Below, piece after piece: positions 26,215-40,156 of a stretch of DNA of 64,000 bases. Below the pieces are notes generated by a model that was given only the letters and a program-made list of their open reading frames with translations, did not search any database and was not told the DNA's origin. How positions within the stretch are numbered: the first letter of the stretch is position 1; each line of letters begins with the position of its first letter. This DNA comes from Vicugna vicugna (lineage: Eukaryota): NCBI GenBank assembly GCA_013265495.1, contig MU058384.1:1179690-1243689 (forward strand), given 5' to 3'. Both the position numbers and the translations under genes were made by a program.

Positions 26215-27260
26215 GAAGTCCTGCTGAGTTACATCTGCCTCTATTACTAATCCACTTTCATTTCTTTAACAGTCATACTTTACTCCTTTACCTCCTGTTC
26301 ATTGTTAAGCCATTGCAGCTCCCACCTTCAATGCAGACTGTGTAATTTCAGCTCAAATTATGTGTCTTCAATAAAATCTCCAGTGACGTTAAACTGAATA
26401 CATTGGGTATTTTAGGTGCAACTTTCTTGTGCACCTATGGGAATTTAATACTTGAGCAATACAACCTTATTTAAGTCTCCTTCCCACTTTAAGTGTTTCT
26501 CTTCTTCACCTAACTTCAAATTTGATTGGTCTTCAGTGACTCATTTTCGATAAGAGATTTCACTAATTTTCAAAATTTTTTTATCACATATATGGTAATG
26601 ATTCAAAGATCTATATCCTGAAGTCAGATCTCTCTCTTAAGCTTTAAACCTGAATCTGTAACTCTCTGGATATCTCCACTTATACACCCAGTAGATAATT
26701 GAAGTTTAAGACATCAAAACAAAAACAAGAACAAAAACCCTGATCATTCTTCACTCCCATTTACTTGCTTCACATCATACATTCCCTATCTTGGTGTAGG
26801 TACAAGCATTACCTAAACTGGAAATCTGGGAGTCATAATCATTTTCTCTTCTTCAGCCAATTGCTCACTGAATTCTGAAAAGTATTCTCCCTAGAGAAAC
26901 CTCATAAGTGTCTTCTGGCTCCCTTCTGCACTTCCACTGCTCTCATTCAGGTTTTTATCATCTCTCACCTGACCTAATGACCGCTCTATCACTGACTCCA
27001 TGCCCCTACCACCAAAACACAACCTTTCAGTTGTTCTCTTGACAGCAGCAATTTCATTTTGCAAAAATATAGATCAGTGGTTTTACTCTTCTGTTAAAAT
27101 TTGTCATTGTCTCCTTGCATCTACAGAGTAAACCACAAAACCTTTTGTATAGCACCAGAGACTTTTCATAATCTTTATCTTCTCACCATCCTCTCCTGCC
27201 CTCTGAATTCTTGCACTCTACATGAGCCATATGAAACCATGTTCAATTTTCAAATGTCTT
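26215..27260 (+). mobile_element. L2 LINE
   Basis: 'aatgattcaaagatctatat', 'ctggatatctccactt', 'gaaatctgggagtcat' and 'tcatctctcacctg'. Confidence 0.82.
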
Positions 27261-27409
27261 CCTAAACTTTCATATTCTGTTCATGAATTGGACTGTAAAG
27301 TAAGATGTCAAGAAAGAACATCTTTAATATTAGACCAACCTGCATCTATAATGATCAGTGGCCAATAACATATACCCATTAACCAACATGCAAAATTGTA
27401 TATGAAGAG

Positions 27410-27990
27410 ACAGAAATTATGTGATACCTGTAGAAACAGAGATGAAGGAAAGCAATTAAAGAGAAGTCAGGGGAAAGTCACAGATGATATGGGATTCAAG
27501 TCAAAGCTGGAGGAATGATAAATATTTTGAAAAATTAAAGAAAGTTGAGGGGACGTTTCAGAAGAAGTAGCATCATCAGCAAAGGCACAAAAGTAGTTTT
27601 TGCTTATGGGATGGTGAGAAGATCAACTGACAAGAGAACAGAAATCATGCCAGGAAATGAAAGAAATAAGATTTGATTGTAAATGTCGACAGAAAGTGAA
27701 GGTCCTTGAAATTTATATGGAGAGTTATCGAAATCCTTAAGTAGAACAGTATTATGATCATGGTGAAGAGTTTAAGGAAAAGCAGCATTCACTAAGCTGA
27801 CTGAGGTGTGGTTCCATAATACAGATGAAAAGGCATGAGAAGAGAAACAGATTGTGGAATCATGAGCATAGAGTCCTTGAAGCTGTGAAAATAAGCTTGC
27901 TCTCCATAAAGAGTATATTGGAGGAGAAACAGAAGAGGCCTAAGGACTGAACAGTGGGGAACACGAAGAGAAAGGGAGAAAAGTAGTGAA
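27410..27990 (-). mobile_element. L2 LINE (antisense)
   Basis: 'cagcaaaggcaca', 'gaaggtccttgaa' and 'gaggcctaaggactgaac..tggggaacac'. Confidence 0.7.
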
Positions 27991-28026
27991 AAGGAGGGAA
28001 GATAGACATGCAAACTACCCAGCTCT

Positions 28027-28460
28027 TCTGGTTATCTATTGCTATGTAACAAACACTCACAAAGCTTAGACACTTACAACAGCCGTTTTATTATTTCTCT
28101 CAACTTTGTAGGTTCACTGGTATCCAGCTCTATGGTTTCTCTGATGGTCTTGCTTGGGGTATTCAATGAAACTGCAGTCAGGTGGCAGATGGGGCTCATA
28201 TATCTGAGACTTTTGTGGGAATGTCGCAAAGTCCGTGCTCAACTGGCCTATTGGTGCAGCTACTGGGATTGGCTTGGCCTCTCTCTCTCCCCTTCTCCCT
28301 TTGACCTCTTCCCAACATCTCTACACATGATCTCCCCAGCAGGGTAGCCAGACTTCTTACATAGCAGCTCAGGATTCCTAAAATCACAAAAGCTGATTCT
28401 TCCAGGACTTCTTAAGGTTTGGGACTAGAACTGGCAGAGTGTCACTTCTGCTTTATTTGC
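28027..28460 (-). mobile_element. MLT1H-like MaLR LTR
   Basis: 'gttatctattgctatgtaacaaac...ctgcagtcag...gggtagccagacttcttacat.gcagctcagg...gaactggcagagtgtcacttctgc'. Confidence 0.85.
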
Positions 28461-28807
28461 CTATCAAATCTTGGTTATCTCATTTTCTAGCATGCTTTCT
28501 CTTAATCTGTTGGACTCCTTATTATCCCATAAGCATGTTCAAAATTATCTGCGTGGCTTTTGCTGGTAGTCTTTATCTTTCCTAAAATGTTCTCTTAACT
28601 CCCATCCTCCTTTTAAAATATTAGTTGTGTCAAAGTGTATCACAGGGGCAACACATATTCCATATGGGAGGGGACCATACAAGGTTATCGATTTCAGAAG
28701 ACATTGTTCATTGGCGTCCATCTTTGGCATCTGGCATCACCCCAACACAAAGGAAATTTTCAATAAATATTTAGCCCAGTACTGCTTCACAAAAATACAT
28801 ATGAAAT

Positions 28808-28922
28808 AAATTATTATCTCCATCTGACAGATGAAGAAACTGAGGCTGAGAAATGTTAAGTGGTTTGTGCTAAAGTAATACAGGTAACAAGTAGTAGTAT
28901 AGGGCTTGTCAAACTCCAAAAA
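28808..28922 (-). mobile_element. MIR SINE
   Basis: 'ttattatctccat..gacagatgaagaaactgaggctgaga..gttaagtg'. Confidence 0.88.
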
Positions 28923-29584
28923 GCTATAGCACAGTATGCTAATTTGTAGGAATAAAAGTAATGCCATTTTGATACAGACAAGGCTACGGCCAGGAATTGA
29001 ATGTATGACACTTTCCTATACTCTTAGTTCAAAGCGGGGTAGTAACAAGAATAATAATCTGGGGAAAAACATGTTGTAAAGATGCTGTAGAATTCTTTAG
29101 AATGAAATGTCTCTTCAAGGATACCATTTCCAGATGAGCCTTTGGGCAAGAAACTTAGTTTTTACTTTACAAATGATAGTCACAGACCATGAACACCTTT
29201 TTAAATGCTATTTTTCAAGGCTGAGAGCAAGCGGTTCAATTATAAAAGAATTGATCTTATTAAACTTATTCTTAAATTTTTTATTTCCCTCCTTGGCTAA
29301 TTCAATTTCCCTTCAAAGGCATGAATCATCAAGACATAATGTGAACATTAAGCCACAATGGAAGAGGATGTTACATTATTTGGATGTACCTAATAGAATT
29401 CAGACAGAACAGACTGAGCAGGGTCAAATAAAATGTGCCTAGCTGCAATATCTAACAGCAACCACGATGGTTACTGTTTTCCTGTCTTTATAGAACTCTG
29501 CAAAAGATTTGTTGTACTAAAAGAGAATACACATTTCTCTTTGTTATTTTATCCAAAATGGTAACAAAATTAAAAAGAGATGGG

Positions 29585-29805
29585 AAGCTAACATTTACCT
29601 GTGCTTGGCCCAAGAATTGTGCTGGGAAATTTCACCTTAAGCAGTTTTCACAACTCAGCTAAAATATGTAGTATCAGTTCATTTTTACAGACGAGGGAAA
29701 ATGAAGGTCAGAGACGTTACATGACTGACCCAAGTTTACACAGGTGATCAGTAGCAGCAAATTAAGGATTTGAATAAAAACCTATGAGACTTCAAAGTCT
29801 GTGTG
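29585..29805 (-). mobile_element. MIR SINE
   Basis: 'ttttacagacgagggaaaatgaaggtcagaga.gtta..tgact..cccaag'. Confidence 0.82.
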
Positions 29806-31827
29806 CATTGCCTCTGAAACTTTCTGCTTCATGATCATTTGTAACCGTAGCCAAGAAACTGAATATTCATAAACAGAAACTGACTTGAGAATATCATAAA
29901 ATCCAATTTGTAGGAAGAATCTGAAAGGTTAGAATTTGGAGCCTGTTGAAGGTTAGGGTTTTGAGGGGAGTGGGAGGAGGGACTGAGAGCCATTTGCTCT
30001 TGTTTCTCAGAGAAGGAAATGGGAACAAACCAGGCCGCAGAGACTCCCTTTCATCAGAATTTTGCTCATGAAATATTTTGGAATTGTCCTCTTCCTTACC
30101 CCCTACCACTTTAACCCAGAAAATTTTGACTGCACATTTGCCAAAGGGGTTTTACTATGGTAACCTTCAGGCCTACACAAAGAACACAGTCAAAACAAAT
30201 AGCTCTCTTTAAATGTCATTATGGGGAGTAAAATTCTGTGTGGTGTATTAATGGGCCTCCCACAGCTAAATCCGAGCATACCACTTTGAAAAATGTCCCC
30301 TGTGGGTATCGCTTAAACCAACAAAAGTGAGGGAATTTGAGAGTTAAGAGAAAACACAATCTAGCTCTGGTGAAAATTAATAGAAGACAGAAGAGTATGA
30401 ATAAAGAAGTGAGAAATAAGGGAAACAAATTAAATTTGCTTTGTTTTCATCCTTGTTAATGTTATTTTAATGTGGAAGGCCTGAAGAGAAATCTAGCTCT
30501 CTTTTCCTTATTTTTTTAATTTATTAAAGCTTTAATTCAAGTAGAAATCCTACCTTTGGGTTAAGAAATATAAAAAAGAAAAGAAATATGTATTTCTTCC
30601 CCAGACTTCAGACAGTGTTCATAAATGATCAGAGCAATGCCTTAAGTGCATAATATACATATAGTGTTTACCCCATATGTCCTGCTTATGTGATAAATAT
30701 GTTGGTTGCTCATTTTTTAAGGGCGTATTAAGGAAAAACCTAATTTCCAAAGCTTATTAAGGAATTAGTCGGCATACCTAATAGATCTCTAGAGAGAATC
30801 TGACTCATGATATAAGTGTATCTTGAGGATAGGACTGATGTATGGTTAGAAATCTGCATGAAAAGTCTTTATTAAACCTACTGCTTATTTGCTTATTGTA
30901 TCTTATTCAAAGCAAAGGAATTAGTTCTTGTTTTGCTTCCCCCTGCCTGGAGCCGGAGGCAGCTTGCTTTAATCTATGCTCTGACTCCCTAGGATAGCTT
31001 AGAAACTTCACCATCCATATCCTACAGAAAGAAAAAATGACACTGAGTATAATCAGCACTGTCTACAACCAGGATGCTTATGACATGGCTGTCTTTAAGC
31101 TCTCTCTCCTTTGTTCCACACATCTCCCCACCAACTCTATTTCTAAATGGACCCTGTTACTAAATTAAAAGATATCCATGTGATACCCAACACAATAAGG
31201 AGATCTGGAAGATCTGTTGGTATTATTACTGGATGCTGAGTGTGAACTTCCAAGTCCTGTGCCTCATACATTAAATTAAAAAAAAAAAATGACTTCCTAA
31301 AAGATACACTGTGATTTCTTTTCTGGAACTTAAAAAAAAAAAGGTCATTTATTACCAATTTTTGAGAGAGAATTGTCTGAAAAAGCAAAATTGACTACCA
31401 TGTTATTGTTGAATTGTCTCATTAGCTTCAACTCTGAAGTGATAACAATGGGTTTGGAATAGAAGTCCTGCCTAAATGTTCTCTACCAAAGTTAACGACA
31501 ACCACCATTATATCAAAGGCAAGTGCCTGCCAGTGTTTCTTTTTAAATATTTTGCTATTAACTATAAAAGAAAACATCAAAAACACATTCAGAAATAAGG
31601 CAAACTTTCACGTGTTTATGGCTTCTCTATATAATAGTAAGAAAATGGGTTAAGTGTATCTCATTGAAATAAGCCTTCAAATTATGTTGGCAGGTGTTTA
31701 GCGGAAAGATCACTAAGTCAGTGTCTGGGCACAGCTCTGCTGTATGCCTAAGGTGATTCTGATCATTTCATTTCTTAAATTTGTTCTCTCAAATTCCATA
31801 ATTTGCTGCTAAAATTTAATTACATTA

Positions 31828-32385
31828 TATCCATTTATTTAACAAATACTTATTATGTCACTACCTTGGGACAGGCAAGGCTCAGGGGATAAGGTGATGA
31901 ACAAAAATATCCGTTCTCAAGGATCTTATATTCTAGTGATGATTAAGAAAATAAAGGTGGAGCCAAGTAAGAGAGAAAGAGAAGAAAATAGAGAAACTGG
32001 TAGAAAATCACATCATAGAAGTAGCCAGTGACAGAAGAGTGCAAAGTAGTTTTGAAATATGTTTCTATGAGTGGGGAGTTAGTCAAGGTTAATGAAAGCA
32101 GACAAGTCGAATGATTCAATTTGCCTTTGAAAAAATTCACCCTGACTGTAGTGCAAAGAATAAGAGAAACAAGAATCAGGTTGGGGGATAATATGGGAGT
32201 CCACCCTAAGCAAAAAGCACTGGTGTCTTAGACTAATGCATTAGTGCTGAAACTCTTTAGAAATTATTGGATTTGTTCTATCATTTAAAAGACTGGGTCA
32301 ACAGTGTTTGCAGATTAATTAGATATGGAGTAGGAGAGAAAGAATCTATCGATCAGGGCTTGATCAAGAGAGTGGATGCTAATGC
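31828..32385 (-). mobile_element. L2 3' region (antisense)
   Basis: 'catttatttaacaaatacttatt...ctcaaggatcttatattctagtg...ttcaccctgactgtagtg...gattaattagatatgga'. Confidence 0.82.
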
Positions 32386-32663
32386 CCAAATACAGAAAAA
32401 TATTGATATTCATTAGGCTTAAGCCTCAGGGCTCCTCACTTGAATAAAACTTTTCCAAGGCTCTGAAGCTCTAGACTTGGCCCTAAAAGAGTATTCACAT
32501 AGTCATTTTTTATGCATAAACTCTCCAAAACTAAGATATATTAACTGTTATTGGTTCAAAGCACTGTCTCCTTACCCTGAGTCACATCACTTCTTGGGTC
32601 GGAGGTACTGCAGTAGTCATAGACATTTCTGGAATCCAGCTAGAAGGAAGTTGAGTAATGGAT

Positions 32664-33191
32664 TGTGGTGGACATCAAACATGGTACCCAGTAAATCACT
32701 CCTCTATTGTCAGGACCTCTTTGCAATGTAACTGGACTTCTCTTTCCATCAAGAAGCAGAGTCTATTTCTCCTCACTCACCTTGAATCTGGCTGGTCTTG
32801 TGACTTGCTTTCACCAATAGTGTTGTAGAAGTGAAATCTTAAAATCCTACTTTAAGAAGATTTGTAGCTTCCACTTTCAATCTTGGAACTTAGCCTGAGG
32901 CCACAGTGAATGAGATATCATATGGAGAGAGAAACCACACAGAGGAGAACTGAGGTGTCCCAGTTTGAAAGCAGCAACAAAACCCATGATATCAAGAGCG
33001 AAGTCACTCTGGTCTTCCAGCCCTGGTCAAATCAACCTGAGTAGACACCACTTGGAGCAGAGGTAAGCCATTCCCACCACACCCCAAATATCTGACCCAC
33101 CAAACTGTAAGCAATAAAAAGCATTACTATTTTAAGCCACTATCGTGGGGGGTTGTTTGTTTTTTTAACATAGTAGCAGATAACTGGTATA
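32664..33191 (+). mobile_element. MLT1G/H-like MaLR solo LTR
   Basis: TG start, 'gagtctatttctcc...ccttgaatctgg..ggtcttgtgacttgcttt.accaatag' and 'tttaagccacta...gcagataactg'; 5-bp flanks tggat / aggat. Confidence 0.9.
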
Positions 33192-33876
33192 AGGATAATT
33201 TACTTTGATTTCAGTAGAATATATTTACATGGTTTGCAGTCACTTCAATTTATTGTTAGGTTTTTGCTTTCTCTCTGTGGGTAGCGCTGGGCTCCAGGAA
33301 TACTGCTGCCACCCATGTGCTGACTCTCTTGGCATTGTGACATGGATGTGCAGGGCCAGAGATGCTACTGCACAATGAATGTGTCCTGTGGTGTCTGGCA
33401 CCTGAACTGTGTAAGCACTGGAAGAAAAACAATGCTAAATCTACAGAGCCAGAGTAACTATGGGAAAAATTCGTCCAAGCATTAATTGCATAAAATTCTA
33501 AGTACAGTATTAGGTTCTTACTAAGGTCAGATCAAAATGGAAGTTCTTGAAAATGTAGCATATAAATGTTAAATCTACAACTTTTTTTCTTTTTTGATGA
33601 GAACTGCACACAACACAATTTGTCAGAAATTCTGTGCTTGTAGGGCATAGAACTGTATTTGAAATACAAAAGCAAATATATTTGTGAAACCTCATATTTG
33701 AAAAAATCTCATATAGGTTTTCTTTATGTAATCTGTTTCTCAGTGTGACCACAATTTAAAAAAATACGACATTATTAAAGATGATTAGAAGCTGAAATAA
33801 ACTTTTCTAAACTATCAAAAATTTAAATTTATTTTATGTACTTTAAAAATTTTTTAGAACTTAGAATAATGTTTTA

Positions 33877-34890
33877 AGACTTCATTTTTCTTAGAGCAGA
33901 TTTAGGTTCACAGCAAAATTGAGAGGAAAGTACAAAGATTTCCTACATACTCCCTGCCCCTATACATGCATAGCCTCCACCATAATCAGTATCACTCTCC
34001 AGAGTGGCATATTTGTTACAATTGATTAACCCACATTGACATATCATCACACAAAGTCTATAGTTTACACTAAGTTTCACTCTAGATGTTGTACATTCTA
34101 TGAATATGGGCAAATGTATAATAACATGTACCCACCATTATAGTATTATACAGAGTATTTTCAATGCCCTAAAAATCCTCTGTGCTCTGCCTGTTCACTA
34201 CCACCCACTCTCAAATTCTGGCTACCAATGACATTTTTACTGTCTCCACAGTTTTGCCTTTTTCAGAATGTCAAATACATGGACTCATACAATACGTAGC
34301 TTTTTCTAATTGGTTACTTCACTTAGTAATATGCATTTAAGTTTCTTCCATGTCTTTTACTAGCTTGATAGCTCATTTCTTTTTATTACTAATATTCCAC
34401 TGTCTAGATGTACTACAGCTTATTTATCCATTCACCTACTAACGGAAATAATGGTTGCTTCCTAATTTTGACAATTATGAATAAAGCTGCTTTACACATT
34501 CATGTGCTGGTTTTATGTGGACATACATTTTTCAGCCCCTTTGGGTAAATACCAAAGACTATGACTACTAGAGCATATGGTACAAGTATGTTTGTTGTTG
34601 TAAGAAACCACCAAACTGGTTTCCAACATGGCTGCAACATTTTGCATTTCCAACAGCAATGAATCAGAGTTTTTGCTGTTCCACATCCTGACCAGATTTT
34701 GGTGTTTTCAGTGTTCTGAATTTTGGCCATTCTAGTATCTCATTGTTACTTGCATTTGCATTTCTCTAATGACATACGATGTGGAGCATCTTGTTATATG
34801 TTTAATTGCCACCCCATATACCTTCCTTGGTGAGGTATTTGTTAAGATGTTTGGCTCATTCTTTTAATCAGGTATTCTTAGTATTGAATT
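33877..34890 (-). mobile_element. L1MC1-type 3' end (ORF2 C-terminus plus 3' UTR)
   Basis: 'ttagagcag.tttaggttcacagcaaaattgagaggaaagtaca.agattt'; the ORF at 34500-34730 has ORF2p-like 'LIHCCWKCKMLQPCWK'. Confidence 0.93.
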
Positions 34891-37800
34891 TAATTTACTT
34901 TTTAGTTCAATTTTTAATGTTTAATTTTTAAAGAAAGTATTAACCATGCTAGAAAGAATAAGTTACCTTTTTATTGTCTCTATATAAACTATTATAGACT
35001 ATTGTTCTATGTATAAATGATCAAAATGCAGCTAAAATATTTTTAAAAATTGAAAATGTTTTGTTTGGATAGATAATTCTTGAAAGTACTAAGTTATCTC
35101 TATGTATTTTACAATTTTGTCATATTTTTCACCCTTTAAAATTTTGTAATTTGTTTAAATTCTCCTTCTAAACATTTTGTTACCTATTTTGAAATTATAA
35201 CTTTTATTAATTTCCTTAAAGAAAGCTCTCCAGACTCTACAAACTTCAGGCCTCAAAAAGTTAGGCTGTAACTTTGGTAGTACCATTTATCATAATTGGA
35301 ACACTGAGGAAGATATAAAAGAGCTTTGAGACTTGTAAGGTACTACCTAAACATAAAGTCTTGCCACTTTTATATTTCCTTTCCAAAAGGCTCTGAATGT
35401 ATCCCCAATGTATAATTGTGTATAGTGGCTGAAGGGTCACAACTTCCCCAGCTTTTAAAGGACAAGTGCTCACTTTGGCTGTCAAAGATTCCACTTCTAT
35501 ACCTGGGGACTTCATAAGTGTACTAGGCTGCACTCAGGAAAGGGAAAAGTACAAGTAGGGCTGACAAAATCTTGGAACACAAGCATCCATCAATATCGTC
35601 AGGTAGCCCACAAGCAATGGTCAAAGAGCTCCTGTCGGCAACTCCTCCCAGCTATGGCAGGAGGAGCCAGAGAAGACACAAAGCATGGCTGAAACAAGGT
35701 GCCCTCATGAGTAGGTTCCTTTAAAGATCAGTCTAAAAAGCAAAACCTTATAAGAATATGAAGCTGCCACCTAAAAAAACTCATTATATTTATTTTTAAT
35801 AAATGAATAGCTCTTTTCTTGGCATACAATTATAGGAAATCAAGAAGAATTTTGAGTCATGTTATATTGAATGGATCAGGCATAGGACATACAGAACTAA
35901 AGGTTTTGAGTATGATTCAATATTTTCCTTGAATATAGTAACTAATTAATATCTAATATGTTCTTTGGGTCATAGTGTTTAACCAACTTAGCTTTTATAT
36001 TCTAAACAAAAAATTGTCTTCAGAAAATAAGTAAATGCTTCAAAGAAATGACCAACAATCTAGATTCAAATGGGAAAAAAAATCTTCCCAGTTATTATAA
36101 AAAAGAAGCCTCAGATTTCATTAAAATGCATATGGGTAACCAAATCTATGCCCAGAAATAGGAAGCACCAGGACTTTTGAGTGCAAAACATCCATCTGTG
36201 CAAGTCTATATTTCTACCAAATCACTTCAAAATATCCAGACATATGCATTTGTCTAAATTAGCCAAACTATGACAATGCCTTTTAAATACAAGAAAAAAA
36301 TCTCCTGTTAAACATTTATATCGATTTATAAAGGACTTAGGCTTTTAATTTTAAAACAAAGATTTTTAAATACTGAAATCTATAAAAAGGACATCAAATT
36401 ATTAAACCTGGGGATAATTTAAGAGAGAAAACCATGCTCCCTTTCTCAGTTAACATTAAATAAGTGGGTGGTCTATGACATCTAACATTTTGCCTCCATT
36501 TATCATTATAGGATAAAGTTGTGGAGCATGAGCTATCATTAGGCAAATTTTCACTTTATTTTTCGGTCCGTTTCAGTCATTTTATCATAAGGTCCTAGAA
36601 ACTTTCAAATATATTTCAATTTCTGAAAATATCAAACTATTATACATGGCCTTTTCAGTCAGCTTTATGGTTCTAAGTCTTAGTTTTTAAAATATCATCC
36701 CCTACTTTTTTCCTTTGGTTATAGGATAACTGTAATACAGATCTTCTGTCACAGTACCACCACCCTACTGGAACCTCCAACCAGGGCTCCATATGTCTCC
36801 AAGAGTTGATGAACACAAGAGGTATTAGAATCTTGCAGATATTTATGAGAACATTTCTCAAGAACAAGAAAATACACATTTTTCCTGAGGTTCCATACTT
36901 CATTGAAAAGTTCACTTTTCCATTATGCGTTTTTCTATTCAGACTTTATGGAATTATGACTTTGGGAGAATTCCAGAGCTTAACAGTATATTTTTAAGTA
37001 ACTCATTGTGATGAAACGGCCATCTCTATGTGCCCCTAGTTATCTCTGCTTCAGCTCACATTAAGGGAAGTATGCCTTACATTAACTTAAACCAGTATAA
37101 TCTACCCTTCTATACCTGCAGTCAGGGTATCCATGGGAGAACATACAATAGAGCAGAAAGTACACAGTCTACCAATGAATCACACTGAACCTTCAGATGG
37201 AATTTCTTTTTCTTTTATATAGAGATGTTCATAGCCTACACTGTATGACAAGACTAACTTCACAACCTTAGTTCTTCGAACAATATTAAAAGGTGTTCTC
37301 TTACTATTTTTTGTTTTATTGTTCTGTTAGCAAATATTTCTTTCAAGTTCTTGACCAAATACACATCACCTTCTAGCTCCTTTAGAATTTCAGAAATTGA
37401 AACTGAAACTCTAGACTGAAAACTTTGGTCAGATGAACAAGGGTCACTAAGGCAAAAGGAATAAAAAGTTGGACTTCCTCCAAATCCCAACACCTCAGCC
37501 AGAACCTTGCACTCCCATGAAATCTGCAGCAAGTTTTCTAGGATGATAAAAACACTGCCCATAGATAAGACAACCTTAGTACTCAAGAGAAGTTGACATA
37601 CAATCACTGTTATCATATTTCCACTCAGGGAAGCTTCTGTCTTCATTTTAAACCTGCCATTTTTAGAATTCAAATACAATAATGAAGAAAAAGAAAACTA
37701 TTTGTCCCTTTTACCAGTCACAGATTTTTTTCTTCCTCAGCATAAAAAATCAAGGTATTGAAACTATAATAAAAATGAATATAGCTAAGAAGACAATGAA

Positions 37801-38389
37801 AATCAATTTGTTAATTAAAAACATCTAAATTCATGCCTTAGTCACAGAGATCTACTGGGAAATTTGCATCTTGCTTAATTAGTCTTGGTAAAAATCTGAA
37901 AATCAGCAGCTTATTTTGTAAGTGCAGTCAGCTAATGCCCAGACCAGAAATTTAGAAGAAACTGTGCTACATTTTCCAGTACAATCATGTCCTTCACTTA
38001 CCTGGAACCAAACTTTCTACTCTGTCCCTCCCTCAATTCAAAATCTCTGTAGAGTTTCCAGTTAACCATGTGAATATGATAGGTCCTTCTACCAACTTAC
38101 ACCCACAAATAAATCAGAATATAATAAGGCTTTGCAGAAATGGATTTCTTTCCCACCAAGTTAGTAGGGGAAAAAAATGTCAGCTTGTATGAGTGTGTGC
38201 CCTGTCTTAAATTTTGAAGCAGAATGTAAAGAAATAGACTGGTTCTAGCGACCATCAGGACCATTCATCAGAATTAGATCCTAGTATTATAGAACTGAAA
38301 GCCTCCTCAAGAGGTCATCAAGCCCAGACTCTGCCCTATTAATCAAAGGGAAGTCCAACATATGCCCCAGCATGCACTATGATTTGTAA

Positions 38390-38500
38390 TTTGAAGTTGA
38401 CATAGTATAGATTTCTGGGAAACTGTGAGTAAATTACCTTACCATTTTCTGCCTTAGTATCACATCTATAAAATGAAGACAAGAATAAGTATCTCAAAGA
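38390..38500 (+). mobile_element. MIR fragment
   Basis: 'gagtaaattaccttaccattttctgccttagt..cacatctataaaatgaagac'. Confidence 0.7.
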
Positions 38501-39507
38501 GCCACTGCAGACTGCTCAAAGATTCACAGAAGAAAAGGCATGTTGATAAATTAATGTAATAGATTAATCTGTAACTAACAACCTTAGGATAGAAAAAAAA
38601 TGCATGCTTGAAAAGCACCAAGCATACTTACTATAGTTTTCAAAAATAAAGAAACACAACTAAATTTAGAAAAATACAAAAACCATATGCAGAAGAGAAT
38701 ATATGGAAATAGTCTCCTTGATATGTCATAATATTTCTTGATCTATCTCTGAATTGCTTTTTCTGTCATCTTTATGTCTCTAATTTCAGAATATTCAGCA
38801 GAATAATAGGTCTCTTGTTGTTGAGCCAATGTTAAAAATAACACTGAATATTGTAGGGATTTGAAGGGTGACACTAAGAATATTGATTAGCCAATAACTG
38901 GAAAAGAAAGAGGGTTTTTCCTTAGAAAGGAACATGATTGTGAATGGAAAAGAGCATCCCTTTTAAAATGATGTCTTGATTCTTAATCCAATTATGCAGC
39001 TTCCTTCCTCCCCTGAAAAAAATTGCCCTAACAGATAGCTGAGCATCCCTTGCTGGTTAGCATCAAAGCTGTCACTGTGACCCCAAAGCAAGAAGAATTG
39101 CTTCTGATTCTCTGGGTTCCTTTCCAAAAGAGAGAAGTAACAGCTCTCTGGCAGACCTGAATGGGAAACATCTTTTTAGATTCAGAGCTTTTCCTCAGTA
39201 AGAGAGTTAAAGTCTCTTAGAGCTTGATTCTAGCAGCAATAACTCCAGCCACTAAAGTGCACCAAAATGAAAAAAAGAAAAGAATCATATGTCTTTGTAT
39301 CATATTTCCAAAAGCCAAGGGAGAAAAATTCTGTAACTTCTAAGAATGCAGGTAATGCAAGGGAATAGACAAGTAAATATATAACTAATCTCCCTCCTTT
39401 GGGCTCCAGAGAAGATGATTACTGTACTATCCATATATTTTTGCTGTTCTTTAAATATCAAATGATTCTGTGACGTCCAAATTCTGTAAAATGCGCACGT
39501 CAATTCT

Positions 39508-40156
39508 GTTTTAAATTGAAGTATAGTCAGTTTACAATATTGTGTCAATTTCTGGTGTACAGCATAATAGTTCAGTCATACATATACATACATATGCTTG
39601 TTTTCACATTCTTTTTCCTTATAGGTCACTGTAAGATATTGAATATAGTTCCCTGTGTTATACAGTAGAAACTTGTGCTTACCTATTTTATATATAGTGG
39701 TTAGTATCTGCAAATCTTGAACTCCCAACTCATCCCTTCCCATTCCCTCCCAACTGGTAACCATAAGTTTGTTTTCTATGTCTGTGAGTCTATTTCTATT
39801 TTGAAAATATGTTTGTTTGTCTTTTACTAAGATTCCACATATAAATGATATAATATGGTATTTTTCTTTTTCTTTATGGCTTACTTCACTTAGAATGACA
39901 ATTTCCAGGTCCACCCATGCTGCTGAAAATGGCATTATTTTGTTATTTTTTATGGTTGAGTAGTATTCCATTGTATAAATATACCACAACTTCTTTATCC
40001 AGTCATCTGTTGATGGACATTTAGGCTGTTTCCATGTCTTGGCTATTGTAAATAGTGCTCCTATGAACACTGGTGTGCATGTATCTTTTTGAATTAAAGT
40101 TCCCTCTGGATATGTGTTCAGGAATGGGATTGTTGGATCATATGGTAGCTGTTCTA
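39508..40156 (-). mobile_element. Young 5'-truncated L1 (camelid-like): ORF2p C-terminus plus 3' UTR
   Basis: Translation LPYDPTIP...KDTCTPVFIGALFTIAKTWKQPKCPSTDDWIKKLWYIYTMEYY...LSEVS...ICGI is the canonical L1 ORF2p C-terminus. Confidence 0.96.

Larger units (their letters stand above)
32410..35260 (+). mobile_element. Zaphod/MER115-like hAT-Tip100 DNA transposon fossil, interrupted by MLT1 and L1MC1
   Basis: 5' end 'gcttaagcctcagggctcctcacttg...ttccaagg' and 3' end 'cttaaaga...aaacttcaggcc' resemble Zaphod termini as recalled. Internal hAT dimerisation-domain peptides EAEINFSKLSKI and TMLERISYLFIVSI are readable. Confidence 0.8.

Noticed and set aside
37260..37679. 139-aa minus-strand ORF in unique sequence
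   Set aside because: Non-ATG start, no recognisable domain and no convincing flanking splice-site pair; compatible with a chance ORF.
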